From: Macrostomum lignano
Taxonomy: Eukaryota
Length of the DNA: 64,000 nt
NCBI GenBank assembly: GCA_002269645.1
Contig: NIVC01000350.1
Span: 1-64,000 of the forward strand
Direction of reading: 5' to 3'
Part shown: one piece after another, positions 19,727-32,075 of the stretch
How the letters are laid out: each line of letters opens with the position of its first letter
Numbering within the stretch: the first letter of the stretch is position 1
Notes under the pieces: model-generated
The model's database searches: none
The model's input: the letters and a program-made list of their open reading frames with translations, nothing else
Told to the model about the DNA's origin: nothing
Made by a program: the position numbers and the translations under genes

Positions 19727-20559
19727 GGCGCTTTGTTATAATTAACGGCGCACGGGCTGCAATATGAATAATGTAAATTGATAACTTGCAGCTGGCTACT
19801 AACAGTAACAGGTAACGGCTTGTCTTGTTCAGAAAATAGTAAACAAAGTGCTTTGTCACTGCGTTTGTCAAGTGAAACTAACCAATTAATTTTTTATTTG
19901 GTAATCCTTTAAAACATCGGCCACATGAAGTATTGTTCAAATAGTCTAACAATTTTTAGGGGAAAATCGCCAGAAACTAAAAGCAACTGCTGGGTAAGAG
20001 AAGCAAAAACAAGAGTACAAAAAATATCTGCGATTATAAAAAGAAGAATAAAATGTCTCAATCATGCTATCAGTAGTACTGTACAGATATATATATTGAC
20101 TATGTAAAGAGCTCATCATAAACTCTCGAAACGAATACCAAATTAAAAACAATATGGGCGTGAAAGTGCTCAGAAATATACAGACTATTAATGGAAGATT
20201 AACTCTTAATAAGAGACAAAAGTGCATTAAATAACGCTTGAGCGTTTCAGTGTAACCATGGCAACAAAACAGGCTGGGAAGCGTCGAAAAGAATAAAACA
20301 AAATAATAAAGCTGACTAAAAATATCAATGAAACCATCAGTATTGCAACGTAGTAGATGACAATGGAATGAGGAAAAAGTATGAATAAACGTGAAAACTT
20401 GACATGAAGAATCTGTGCGCCTTAGCAGCATAACAATATTAACAATAAGAGATAAGTGACCTTGGAGTATGCACATATTGCATAGCATAGCTAGTGAGAA
20501 AATGTTATGTCTATAACATCAAAGGAATCTATTAGCTAGATTTTTGTATAGATGGCCCA

Positions 20560-20870
20560 CAGCTCATGGATAGATGCTATCTAGATATCAGAGATAGCAT
20601 CTATGTGCGAGTTACGAGCGTAATACTCTATAATAATAATAATAATATAGATACGATAGACAGATGCTGCTTAGATATCATATAGATACAATAGATAGGT
20701 GCTGTCTAGATATCATATAGGATACAGTAGGTAGATGCTGTCTAGATATCATATAGATACGGTAGGTAGATACTGTCTAGATATCATATAGATAAGGTAG
20801 ATAGATACTGTCAAAATATCATATAGAAACGATAGCTAGATACTGTCTAGATACGGTAGATAGATGCTGG
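20560..20870. repeat. Degenerate repeat (TAGATACTGTCTAGATATCATA-like)
   Basis: Imperfect tandem units visible by eye. Confidence 0.7.
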
Positions 20871-21002
20871 GTGGGTAGTGTGCAGTTGCCATCTATATCT
20901 AGACGCCTAAGTACTAAATTCTCTACTACAAGTAGGCAATCGCAATTTTGTCCCTAACTAGTGCGGCAGCTTCGTATCAGACCGGCTGCACCGTCGCAAG
21001 AG

Positions 21003-21311
21003 ATGAAGGACGAGGCTGGGCCGATGGCAACAGTCGATGGCGGGACGCCAGCAGCCGGACCAGCCGAGGCTGAAGCGGCGGCAACTGATGATGCGGTGGG
21101 CCCCAGCTTAGCCAAAGCAGACCGCCGTCTAGCCATGACAGCTAGCAACAGGCAGAGCGGTAAAGCCGCTGCAGCCAGAAGCAGAAAACGGTCTTTGTTG
21201 GGTGACGCTGCTCGAGATGATGTTGACACAGAAGATCGGATGCTGCTAGGAATAAAACGAAACCAACGAAGCAGCAAAGAGCCTGCAAATGCAATTAAGT
21301 TAAACAAATAA
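21003..21311 (+). CDS. Possible small low-complexity protein or exon (about 102 aa, basic RSRKR patch)
   Basis: GC-rich open frame MKDEAGP..AIKLNK* preceded by an acceptor-like ttttgtccctaactag. No recognisable domain, and the opposite strand is also open. Confidence 0.3.
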   Translation: MKDEAGPMATVDGGTPAAGPAEAEAAATDDAVGPSLAKADRRLAMTASNRQSGKAAAARSRKRSLLGDAARDDVDTEDRMLLGIKRNQRSSKEPANAIKLNK

Positions 21312-21549
21312 TTGGTAGAAATTGATTGCTATCATATACATAGAACTATAAAATAAAATTGAGTTTGCAATCAGCTTCCATACAGCATCATGCCTTAGTA
21401 TTTTCTTGATTTCAAATTCATTTGGTCTGCGAATGCTTGATTAGGATAAAAAGCTCCGCATATGTATACATGTATGTATTAATGTTGTGTACTTTCTCAA
21501 TCTCATTAATTAATCCGCTTTCCCTTTGCCTTTCTTGGCAACTCTTATC

Positions 21550-21900
21550 TAGTCCCTGACAGTCTTATATTCTCCCTGACAGGTCTCATCATATCGCTGA
21601 CAGGTCTTATCTTGTCCCTGAAAGGTCTTATCTTGTCCCTGACAGGTCTAATCTTATTCCTGACAGATCTTATCTTGTCCCTGACAGGTCTAATCTTATT
21701 CCTGACAGATCTTATCTTATCCCTGTCAGGTCTAATCTTATTCCTGACAGAACGTATCTAATCTCGGACAGATATTATCTTGTCCCTGAAAGATCTTATC
21801 TTGTCCCTGAAAGATCTTGTCTTATCTCTGACAGATCTTATCTGGTCCCTGACGGATCTTATCTTGTCTTTAACAAATCCATCTTGTCCCTGACAGGTTG
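21550..21900. repeat. Degenerate 21-bp repeat (CTTATCTTGTCCCTGACAGGT)
   Basis: About 16 imperfect units. Confidence 0.8.
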
Positions 21901-22018
21901 TATCCGTCTCGTCTCTTGTCTAGACACACCTAGCTTTCCGCCTACACGCTTAACATTGTCCTAACACACCAATATTGTCCCAACACACTAACTCCTGCCC
22001 ATACACCCCACAACCACA

Positions 22019-24998
22019 TCAGCGCAACTCACTCCGCAGTTTAGACAGCCAGCTCGCAGACTCGCTCCCGGAGTTGCCGGGACAAGGCCGGTCATCTGAC
22101 GAGCCAACAGTGGGCGCAGCGGCGGCAGCCAGAGGACTGGACTGAGCGGCAACATCCTCATCATCAGCAGCAGCATCGGCCATATGCTCAATAGTAGAGA
22201 ATGCTGTAGAATCCGATGCAGTCAGATTCAATAGCAAATCGTTGCCCAGACTAGTTTCATACTGTTCAGCGTATCGCAAATCTAATCGAGCTGTCAATCT
22301 ATCAGAGTCTGTCAGATCCGAGCCGCGATGTAAAACAGGATTATCCATCTGGCCAGATGCCTCCTCCAGCACAGCGGCCACTCGGCGAGTCTCGGCCGGG
22401 CCAACTGGGCCGCTAAAGCTGTTATTATTGGAATTGCGACCCGCAGGCAGCAGAGCGGCAAACTGTTGCATTGGCAGGCGTTGCCAGGCAACCCGATCAA
22501 CAGCATTAGTCGGTAGGCGGATTACGCTAGCCGAAACTGCGGCTGCTGCGTCGCCGAGGTCAACCTCGTCCGGGCCGAGGCACAGCACCACCAGCGACGG
22601 ACTGCCCGACGCGGCAGCTCGAAGAACGCGCCGACATTCGGCGGCCGATTCGCGGTAGCAACCAACGCCAGGCAACGGCAATTCCCTGGGAGCAGCTCGC
22701 CGCCGCTGCCACTCTGACTATCAATCGAGTCCCAAGCGGTGAGCGAGTAGCAACAGAGTCCGAGCTGCAGTCGCAGTCGCCTACTAAAGTAAGCGGCAAA
22801 CTGAACAGCCAGCCAGTCGTCAGTGTCGCCAGAATAGTACAGCGAACTGGCCAATATAATATCGTAGCAAGCGGCCGGATCATAGCCGATCTCGCTAACG
22901 GTCGATAGTCATCAATTGGAGTCCAAGTGACGCGCAGAATACGCGCCAGGGCGCGCCAACCGGCGCTATCAGTATCTAGAATAGTTGAGCCGGCGCCAAA
23001 CTGTAACAACGGATAGGCCAGAAAGTCAACCTCCGCCGGGCTCAACAATCCGGCATCGGTGTCGCCGTCGCCAACGTCCAGATTGGTCACCAGATAGCGG
23101 CCGCTCCAGGCGGGCCGGCGGCTGACCAGGTGTACAAATAGGCGAGGTAAGAAAGCGCGGAACAATCTGACAGTGCTAGGAGTGACCAGGAACATGCAGT
23201 ACTCAGCATCGGCTAGCGGGTCATCGGAGTCTTCATCGTCGCCATCTAGCCGACTGAGAAGCTGCTCAGCTGGCAGGCTCAGACAGCGGCAGGAGCGACG
23301 CTCGGCCTCCAACGCTAAACTGAGCCGTTGAACGAAGTCTTTCACCGAGCCAGCGGCCGCATCGCCCTCACTGAATAAGAGCCCGTCGGCGCTAACCAAT
23401 GCCAGTTTGAAATCGCGCCGGCGGCCGTAACAGCTGCCGGATTCGAACTCGCTGGCCAGCTGGCCGACGTTAACGCCGGCCAGGCTGTCGTCTGAGAAGG
23501 CGCCGCCTGACTGCGGGGAGTTTCGGCATGGCGGGGAGTTGGGGTGATTTTTAATAATCCCAAAAGCGTTGCCCTGACGGAACTAAGAGCCTGTATAGGA
23601 GAATATTCCATAGGGGATAGGGACATGATACCCCTCATGGGATCTTTTGGGCGATTTGCTACTCTATACTCGTACTCTAAATAATCTTTGGGCGTATCTC
23701 CCACTCCCTACAGATTCCTACGGTACAATCTGCCACTCCCTACAGGTTCCTACGGTACAATCTGCCACTCCCTACAGGTTCCTACGGTACAATCTGCCGC
23801 TCCCTACAGAATCCTACGGTACAATCTGCCGCTCCCTACAGAATCCTACGGCACAATCTCCCACTCCCTACAGAATCCTACGGTACAATCCCCCACTCCC
23901 TACAGAATCCTACGGCACAATCCTCCACTCCCTACAGATTCCTACGGCACAATCTGCCACTCCCTACAGAATCCTACGGTACGAGCTACAATCTACCACT
24001 CCCTACAGAATCCTACGGCACAATCTGCCACTCCCTACAGAATCCTACGGCACAATCTGCCACTCCCTACAGAATCCTACGGCACAATCTGCCACTCCCT
24101 ACAGAATCCTACGGTACGAGCTACAATCTACCACTCCCTACAGAATCCTACGGTACAATCTCCCACTCCTTACAGAATCCTACGGCACAATCTGCCACTC
24201 CCTACAGAATCCTACGGCACAATCTGCCACTCCCTACAGAATCCTACGGCACAATCTGCCCCAATCGAGCAGGTCTGCCACTCCTTAATTCCAGCAGAAA
24301 ATAACATTTACCCCGGACACATCGGGTGAGACGCTGCGCGTCTCAAATTCGTCTACAACCCGTCGGACGCGCCCGGATGCCGCCGAGTCGAACTCGTCGC
24401 CGGCGGCACCCAAGTCTTCAGGCGACTCGTTCAACATTAGGAAGATCGCCTTCCAGCACTCGGACTCCGCTAGCCAGATGGACTCAGCCTCGGACTCATC
24501 GAAGGTGTCGCCAGTCAAAGCTCGGAAAACAATCGGCTCTTGAGCCGAGGCCGCCTCGAAATCTAAGCCGTTAGTTAGGCCTTCAAATTCTTCCATAGCA
24601 ACAAAGATTAAACGCCGTCGGCAGCGTTGGCGACACCTGGCCCCACCGAGACCGGCCAGAAACTTTTTCAATGGTACTAGAGAGCGCGGACTGACTACTA
24701 ACAGGCAGTAGTCAGATAGGGACAGCAAATTAGATAGATAATTTCCAACTTCGTTTTCATTCTCAGCTACTGAGGCGGAGGACACGGCTGCGGCAGCGAC
24801 ATCGAAGGCCGAACAGCTGGCAGGCAGCGGACTGGCGCAGCCCAATAATTCATCGATTCGCCGTTTCAACAGGGCAGCGAATCGTTCAGCCAGACGGTCG
24901 GGCCTGGCCGGCACCACAGATTTCAAGGCGCGGCCATAGTCCGAGGGCGAGACCACGGTGAACCGGTGAGGCCTGGCCTGGCCGCTGTCCGCTGCCAT
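22019..24998 (-). CDS. Protein with three tandem TIR-like domains, about 726 aa after repairing two 1-nt frameshifts
   Basis: Exon 24998-24312 (GGG|GTAAAT) splices in phase 0 to ccccgcag|23510, which reads to the stop at 22019 if one C is restored at 22908 and one at 22654-22655. Three units share TIR-like spacing: betaA RFTVVSP/DFKLALVS/YDIILASS; alphaA LAERFAALLKRR..LLG vs LAVQFAAYFSRR..QLG; betaC DYCLLVVSP/EYCMFLVTP/RCLALVAT; terminal CWKAIF/GWRALA/AWQRL. Fold assigned by eye, not by HMM. Confidence 0.7.
23700..24260. repeat. 32-bp intronic minisatellite (CCTACAGAATCCTACGGCACAATCTGCCACTC)
   Basis: Fills the intron of the TIR-like gene. Confidence 0.92.
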
Positions 24999-25475
24999 GC
25001 CAGCAATAATTGTGTTTTATTGCTGAAATTATTTGTCAGTTTTGGGATGGAGAAGTAGAAAAATAAGCTGTTCGTCCTTGACCTGTCACTGCTTGAAATC
25101 CTAAAAATTCCTACATGTATTTAGGTTTATCTGCAATTTCCAACAATCTTAAAGTTATAAATCTTTGTAGGTTGTCTTTTGTTTTTTACCCTTTCAGCTT
25201 TAGGTTTTCCAATATTGCATGTTGGATTTATAAACTTTATCTGAGCTATATAAATTTCTCATTTTTGCAAGTACAATTAAAACCAAGTTGCAAAATTGGG
25301 GTACACATAGCAGGGGTTTCCACTGTAGCTATAGGAAGTTAAAGATGTGGATGTTTTTACGCAGAACATATGGATATGGGTATGGTTACAGGACAAGAAC
25401 ATACAATTCCTATTTCTTACAACATTGGCCATGCAAGTTGAAATTTTGGCTCTAATTAGGGGAACTGACTTTTTG

Positions 25476-25917
25476 GCAAAGATACTAGAAAAACTAGATG
25501 GGCCACTCAGCATATTTGCCTGTAATCTACTTTCAGTTCAGTAGAGTTATTAAACAGAAAAATTTTATTTTGTTTTTTATTTTTATTTTAAAGCCAAGGC
25601 TTGTTTATTGGCTCTTAACCCCCAGCTTAAACCTTCCTGACTTTCCACACTAACCCTACCCTGTAACAATTTTTATTGCCTTTCTTAGAATATCAGCCTA
25701 AAGCTGCTATGTACATTTCAGTGGACTGGCTAATGTACATTATGGCTGAACCAATTAGCAAGCTGTTTACACCAGCAAGCTTGGGCTTCTAAACTTATCA
25801 AAGCTGCCTTTTTATAAAATAGCTTATGTATTCTTTTTTGCTACTGAATTGAAAATAGAAAGCTATTTTACTAGGTATATACCTGAGTGGCCCATCTAAT
25901 CATTTAAATATCTATGC
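25476..25917. mobile_element. MITE copy B, same family, more decayed ends
   Basis: TAGATGGGCCACTCAG..CTGAGTGGCCCATCTA inverted ends; internal blocks such as gtacatttcagtggactggctaatgtacatt and gctgaaccaattagcaag are shared with 40183-40681. Confidence 0.75.
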
Positions 25918-27384
25918 TTTTTGGCACATCCCCTCTTTGTGGCCATTTGTAGTTGGCACAAGGTGTGGTTAATATTGTTACCTATAGGCAACAAAGATAT
26001 TTGATACCATGTACACTTAATATGAATAGGATCATAAAGACTAAAGTTAAGATGAATAAATTCACTTTCAATATAAAGGGAACTTTTAAGTCCCTATGGT
26101 CAAGGACTCAAGCAACAAAGATTTTTTATTTCATTTGCATACTGTATGATTGGCATAATTAAAAGTTATAATAAGTTATAGGAAATTAATTAGTTATAGA
26201 TATGGATATATTGTTAGAAAAAATAGATTTGGCAATTGAATATAAATGTTAAAAACTTTAGTTATGGCAAAATAGTAAATTATGCACTTTAAGCCACATC
26301 ATTACACAACTAGCTAGAAAGATTATTGACTATCCTGTTAATTTCTTAAGTAGGTATATAAGTATATAGACTATATTTTTAGTATACAAGATATTCAATT
26401 ATATATATATATGCACATATGGTGTCATATACATAGGAGTATATATTTCATTATTAGATATGCATATTTCCATGCTTAAAAACAATAAATTAATAATTAT
26501 TTATTAAATAGAACATATTAGAATAGTCTTGGACAAATGAAAAATTGATTGGGTATACCTGTATACTTTAAATTAAATATACTAAAAATCTTTAAATTGA
26601 CAAATCATTAATTTTAAATTGCATAAAATCCTACCTTTGCTACTCAATAAGCAAAAAAAGAATAAAGTTAGTTTGGTCAACTTAGAATATATATTTTTAT
26701 GATCTTATATAGCTATGCATTTAGGATCAAAGTTTGCTTGCACAATTGCATTCTTGATACTTGTATATCTAATATATCTTTTAGATTAATTCTAATAAAG
26801 AATATATTATCTAAATTAAAATCTTATTTTTGCCCTAAATTAATATAATTATACTTGGATTCAAGTCTAGACTGCTAATATAAGCTATATAAGAGCTATA
26901 TTAAAATGCTAAATGATACTCATTTACTTTAGCTTGACATGTAAATGATCTAATAGGAAAATAAAAATTTTGATAGCTATTATTTATTATTATATAGCTA
27001 AATGGTTGAAACAATTGCTAAATTTAGAATTATAATCAAGCCTTAGTTTGGATTGTATATTAGTATACACTAGGTTTAATGCTAGAAAAAATGATGAGAC
27101 CTTGTTTATATGCCGAGCTTGTGTGCCAATACAAAAAAATTATCATCTGACACAATGTATCTGCTGTGTTATGTATGCCGGGATATATCCTAATGTCTGC
27201 TAAAAAATGATAAGACCCTTGTTGTACACCGGGAAATCCTGGCATACATGTTGCCTTCCAAACTATGGTAATCAAGTAGCCAATTATCTCTTATAATATA
27301 TAGCTAATTGACCTTATCATTAGTAATTAAAAGCTAGCAAGAAGACCCAACTAGGCCTTATGACTGGATGGATACATGCAAATT

Positions 27385-28488
27385 TGGCGATAAACAAATT
27401 TGGCAACAGAGATTCACAATGGACTAATTAGGCAAAAGTGAATTCCGCAAAAATCTAGGCAAATTTGGCGACACGTCTTTTATCTTTTAGCTAGCCTAAT
27501 TAAAGACAAGTTAAAGCAAATGAGGTGGGGGTGGAGAAAGAAAATTAAACTTGGGGTTTGACTTGAAATCAGTTGGTTGCTGACACACATGAAATGAGGT
27601 GGGGCGGATTTCACAGTTGAATTCCTACTAGTGTTGCATTTGCACAAATAAATCCGGAGATGTTGTGCAGACAAATCACAATGAAATTCTTTCTCCTATT
27701 TTACTCTGATTGCCAGGGTCCTCAAATTCCAGGGGAGGGTAGTCGTATCATAGCGGAGTGGTTGTGTAGCAGCGCGGTCGTTCAAATGGTAGACACTGAG
27801 ATTTTGACACCATAGATTAATGCATTAATTTGCTGAGCTTGTTACTTTCAGTAGGATAGAGCTGCCACTACCACAATTTACAGTATATTTGAGCCTTATA
27901 TACTCGAAAGGCCATCCAAGTGATGAATAAAAGAGATTCACGCATTGGAACAAGGCACCACTACCAGTCACCACCCCACATGTACTCTTTGGTGAGCACA
28001 TACAGAGATATGGTGGGTGACTAACAGTGGAGTAATAAAACATAGATAGCCGCAAAAAGGGGGTTAAAATTAGAATGAATTGGGTGCCTTAAATGGCTCA
28101 CATCAAATGGGGGGGGGGTAGTTAAAGGCTGAATTCCTTCCCCGACATTGTAACAATGGAAAGACCTTATTTGGCATACAAGAAATCATTTTTCTCATTT
28201 TTTCCAAGTCCCATAGGTTTTTGCTTACAAGGCCACTCAACCTGAAATTAGAACATTTCTTGAAAAGGACTTAAAACTCACTAAGAATAAATGATAGATA
28301 AAACAAACTCAGTTAAAAAGGGAAAGCTAATCTGCATTATAGAATACCATTCTACAAAAGGAATTATTCAAATCATACACAATTGTTTTTCCTTCATTAA
28401 TTGTTGCCGAATTTGCCTAGATTGTTGCCAAATTTGCTTTTGCCGAATTAGTCCATTGTGAATCTGTTGCCGAATTTGTTTGTCGCTG
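27385..28488. mobile_element. About 1.1-kb element bounded by roughly 95-bp imperfect inverted repeats
   Basis: 27385-27475 (aaacaaatttggcaacagagattcacaatggactaattaggcaaaag..aatctaggcaaatttggc) is the reverse complement of 28400-28488. No transposase ORF inside, and termini/TSD are not resolved. Confidence 0.55.
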
Positions 28489-30724
28489 AACTGGTCAGCA
28501 CCCTGACTGGACCACCCTATCAGCTATCCTCAGTAGGCCTATTGTGAAACACCTGGTCCAATTGAACATAAGCAAAGAAACTAAAATTGGAATTTTGTCA
28601 AAATTTTGATTGACAAATTTGACATCAATTAGGCTCTACTGAATATGATACACCCACTTTATTATGTCCACTGTCCAGCCCAGTGCAATTAAGGTCTATC
28701 GTGCAGAACTGTTTATAAAAAAATTAACATTGTTGAAGTGATTATTCGCATTTAAGGAGTCCAAAAAAGCTTACTAAACTTAGCTTACTGTACTAGACCT
28801 ATATGTAACGTAACGTGCACTGTGCATGTGCGCAAGACAAGCATATAAAATAATTAATAAAACAGGAACTATACACGATACATACTAAGCCTATGATGAG
28901 CATTCTAGTCCACAAGTACAGGCGTGTAAAAATAAAAAAATTATTACAAAATAAAGCAACCATAATAAAGAATAGGCGCCTGGTACGCCACACAAGTTCC
29001 ATAACTTCCATATGCAAACAATGGGAGAAAGCGGCAAGTATTTTCTACTCCCATAAAGCATTTTAGCCGTAAACTTTATTACAAGAAAAAGCTGTTTCAA
29101 AAAGAAACCGTAAAAATCAAGAAAAATGAAGGGAATAGAAATATATGTTTCTTGCAACCAAAATTTAGTTTTTAAATACATATTTGTCTTTTTAGGTCCA
29201 ATTTGTTCACTATTTTGTTTCACTTCATGACGTTATTTCAAAAGCAGCATTAGCGGTATTCTGCACAAGAACCACAGTCGAGTCTATACACTTTAATAAC
29301 CTTTCATAATGCACTGTATTATGCTACTGTAATACTACTATACTTACTAAAGTGGTCCTTGATTCTGAAATTTCGAATGAAGCAGAGCATATTGTGCTGT
29401 GCTACTTAGCTGAACTTCTTGAATCAAGTAAACTTGTAATAAAAATGGTGCATGCAGGTAACTCTTAAGCAATTATGTTAAGCAATTATAATTCCATTTT
29501 AATGCAAATGCATACAACTTGGCATATGAAATAAAAAATGAAAATGAAAATGATCCTTTCACTACTACACAGCTAACATGTACTGTATTTTGTACAGTTT
29601 TGTACGTAATATTTACTCTATTACGTAGATTATGGGTACTCGTACACATACAGCATAGTAACATGCTGTGCATGCTAAATTTTAAGAATAGTACTCTTCA
29701 CTACCCCGGATGAAATTCAATAATTGATTATATGATGAAGACATTATTTGTTTCGATTGTCTTCGCAGTGTATTTTTCCACCAAATTGGCCTCCAAAATA
29801 ACACATTTTTAGTTTGACGTTCGTTCAGATACTACAGTGGTCCTTGATGAAATATTCAGTTAAATCTGAAAACTTTCGAACTCACTAATGATATAGCAGA
29901 ATTTGCAATCGCACTTTGCTTTTTTTATTTCTCTAAATGGCGCTTTGCCCATTACCGTATAATCCAAAGCTTATAGAGAGGATCGAGCTATAAGAAGTGC
30001 TTTATAATTACGTACTTTTATCAAACGTTTCCGTGAAAGCATCAGAGACTCCTGCAAGAGAGATGCACAGACCAGCCCTTCTCTTTATTTTCCATGTTTA
30101 GTTTCCATGCGTGGGTCATCCATTGCTATAGCCTATAGCGTAGGCTGAAACAGACAAAAGTTGACGGCTCAGAAATCGCATTGATAATTTGCCCCGTTCC
30201 TCGCGTGGCTAGCAGTTTGCATCTGATCAATCGGGGCTAGAAGTTTTTTAAAAATTAATTTGCTGCTTCTCCCCTCATAAAAAGTTGCAGTGTCTGAAAC
30301 TGCATGAGGGGCCATTGTTTCAAGCGAGCCCTCGTAACCTTGGTGCATTGTGGGAGTCAAATGGCTTTAAAAAGATGCTGGTCCATATGATGGCGATTGT
30401 TATAATCTGCGAGCCTATTGGACAGGGGTTTTCCTCCCCCCAGCTAGAGGAGACATCCCCAGCAACAGAGCTGCCACTGCTGGCTATAGCAAACGCGATG
30501 GCGACAACCGCCTGTGCAGCCGCATGGTGGGTGCCGTGTGGTCAAAGAGAGGTTGGGCAGTGGTGTCGGGGAACAGGCCAGCTAAATTCAGTGTTTCCCT
30601 CCTCTAATAAATATCGGCTAGCTCAAGCAGCAATTTCCAGCTTCGATTTGCGACCATCAATAGAGTGTTAGCTAGAGCTGCTTCATCAAGACGATCACTA
30701 TCAGCATTGTTGCATTGCACGGCA

Positions 30725-31909
30725 ATGGCCGACAAAGCTCGGACAGTTAAGAAGCCTGGCGCTCCCACCGCTGTCACCAACGGCAAGGCTAAGCCGGCTA
30801 AAGCGTCTGACATGAACAAGCAGCAGCAGCCGAAAGCTTCGTCTACCGGAAATGGAACGACCGGAAACGATGAAGAGATAAATGGCGCCATAACTGACAT
30901 GCTGGCTAAACACGAGCTCGAACTGCTAGCGGTCGCGTCCGATCTCACAGCGGAGACGAGTCACTATGACAAAGAGTTGCGCAATCTCAAAGAGAAGCTC
31001 GAAGCGGCCAACAGGCGCCTGATTCAGCTGGAGTGGCGCTTTCCAACTACGGCCCTGTGGCGAATCGGTGACTTCTTGGAGCGCATGAAGGAGGCCAAGA
31101 AAAACAAATCCATACTGGAGAGTCCGCAGTACTATCTGAGCAGGCAGGGCTATCTAATGAGCATGTCTATCGCACTGTATGGCTCTGGAGAAGGTGAGAA
31201 ATTTGTTTTACTATTCAATTAGTTTAGTTATGTGATTGTCAAGAACACCTATAAAGTGAAGATGAATTGTTATAAGTTCAAGTGTAATAGTAAACGCACC
31301 TCCGAAATCCATGATTGTCGTCGTATGCATAATCAGCACAAACCAAACGCATCGCTCAACCGCAGGAAAAGTACGTTTAGAACTTTTGAATTGAAAGAAA
31401 CAAACGAAACAAGTTGACATGCAGAAAATTGATAATAACAAAATTTGGGTGATGGGGATTAGTAGGATGATATGAATAAAGCGATATGAAGTCTCAAAGT
31501 GTACGATATGACTAGTTGGATGTCACTAAATTTTTGACCTGCTGACCGCCCCCCCCCCCGGCCAGCCCGCGGAAAGTACATGTCGATATTCGTGAGCGTG
31601 TGCAGAGGCGAATTCGACGGCAACCTGGCCTGGCCGTTCACCATGCGGCTGTACCTCAGCATCCTGGACCAGACCGATGACGAATCGCCGAGGCGCAACC
31701 TCACCAAGATGATCATCCCTCGGGTGTGCCGGGAGAACCTGGCCTTCCTCGGCCGACCCAGAGGCCGGCCCAGGAATCCGCAATTCGGCCTGGAGCAGTT
31801 CGTCAGCCTGGAAGACGTTCTGCGCAACAGCGACGAGCGACAGTACGTGCGCAACGATGCCTTGTTTGTACGGCTGGAGGTGCCCAATGAGGACCTGGTG
31901 CCGATGTGA
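30725..31909 (+). CDS. TRAF-family protein: low-complexity N-terminus, coiled coil, MATH domain; no RING or zinc finger seen (270 aa)
   Basis: Exons 30725-31193 (GAA G|GTGAG) and 31566-31909 (ggccag|CC) give ALWRIGDF..SPQYYLSRQGYLMSMSIALYGSGEARGKYMSIFVSVCRGEFDGNLAWPF..LDQ..FG..F..YVRNDALFVRLEV, the TRAF-C pattern. The heptad ELRNLKEKLEAANRRLIQLE precedes it. Upstream exons cannot be excluded. Confidence 0.92.
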
Positions 31910-31949
31910 GTCATCTCTGCAGCGCCTGCCAGCCAACTGGGTGACCCGT

Positions 31950-32075
31950 GACCAGTGACCAGTGACCAGTGACCAGTGACCAGTGACCAGTGACCAGTGA
32001 CCAGTGATCAGTGATCAGTGACCAGTGACCAGTGACCCGTGACCAGTGACCAGTGACCAGTGACCAGTGACCAGT
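31950..32075. repeat. (GTGACCA)n heptamer repeat
   Basis: About 17 units just 3' of the TRAF stop. Confidence 0.92.

Noticed and set aside
21150-21260. Extra 3' exon of the TIR gene via the GTGAGT donor near 22030 and a cctag acceptor near 21250
   Set aside because: Phase-compatible but gives a short unremarkable tail and overlaps a better + strand ORF; needs transcript data.
27740-27800. tRNA or tRNA-derived SINE (A-box-like TAGCGGAGTGG, partial B-box GTTCAAAT)
   Set aside because: No cloverleaf could be folded and no second copy is present in the window.
25000-30300. Short ORFs in the AT-rich TIR-TRAF interval
   Set aside because: 60-110 aa, AT-rich and F/I/L/Y-biased, unlike the GC-rich true exons in this window.
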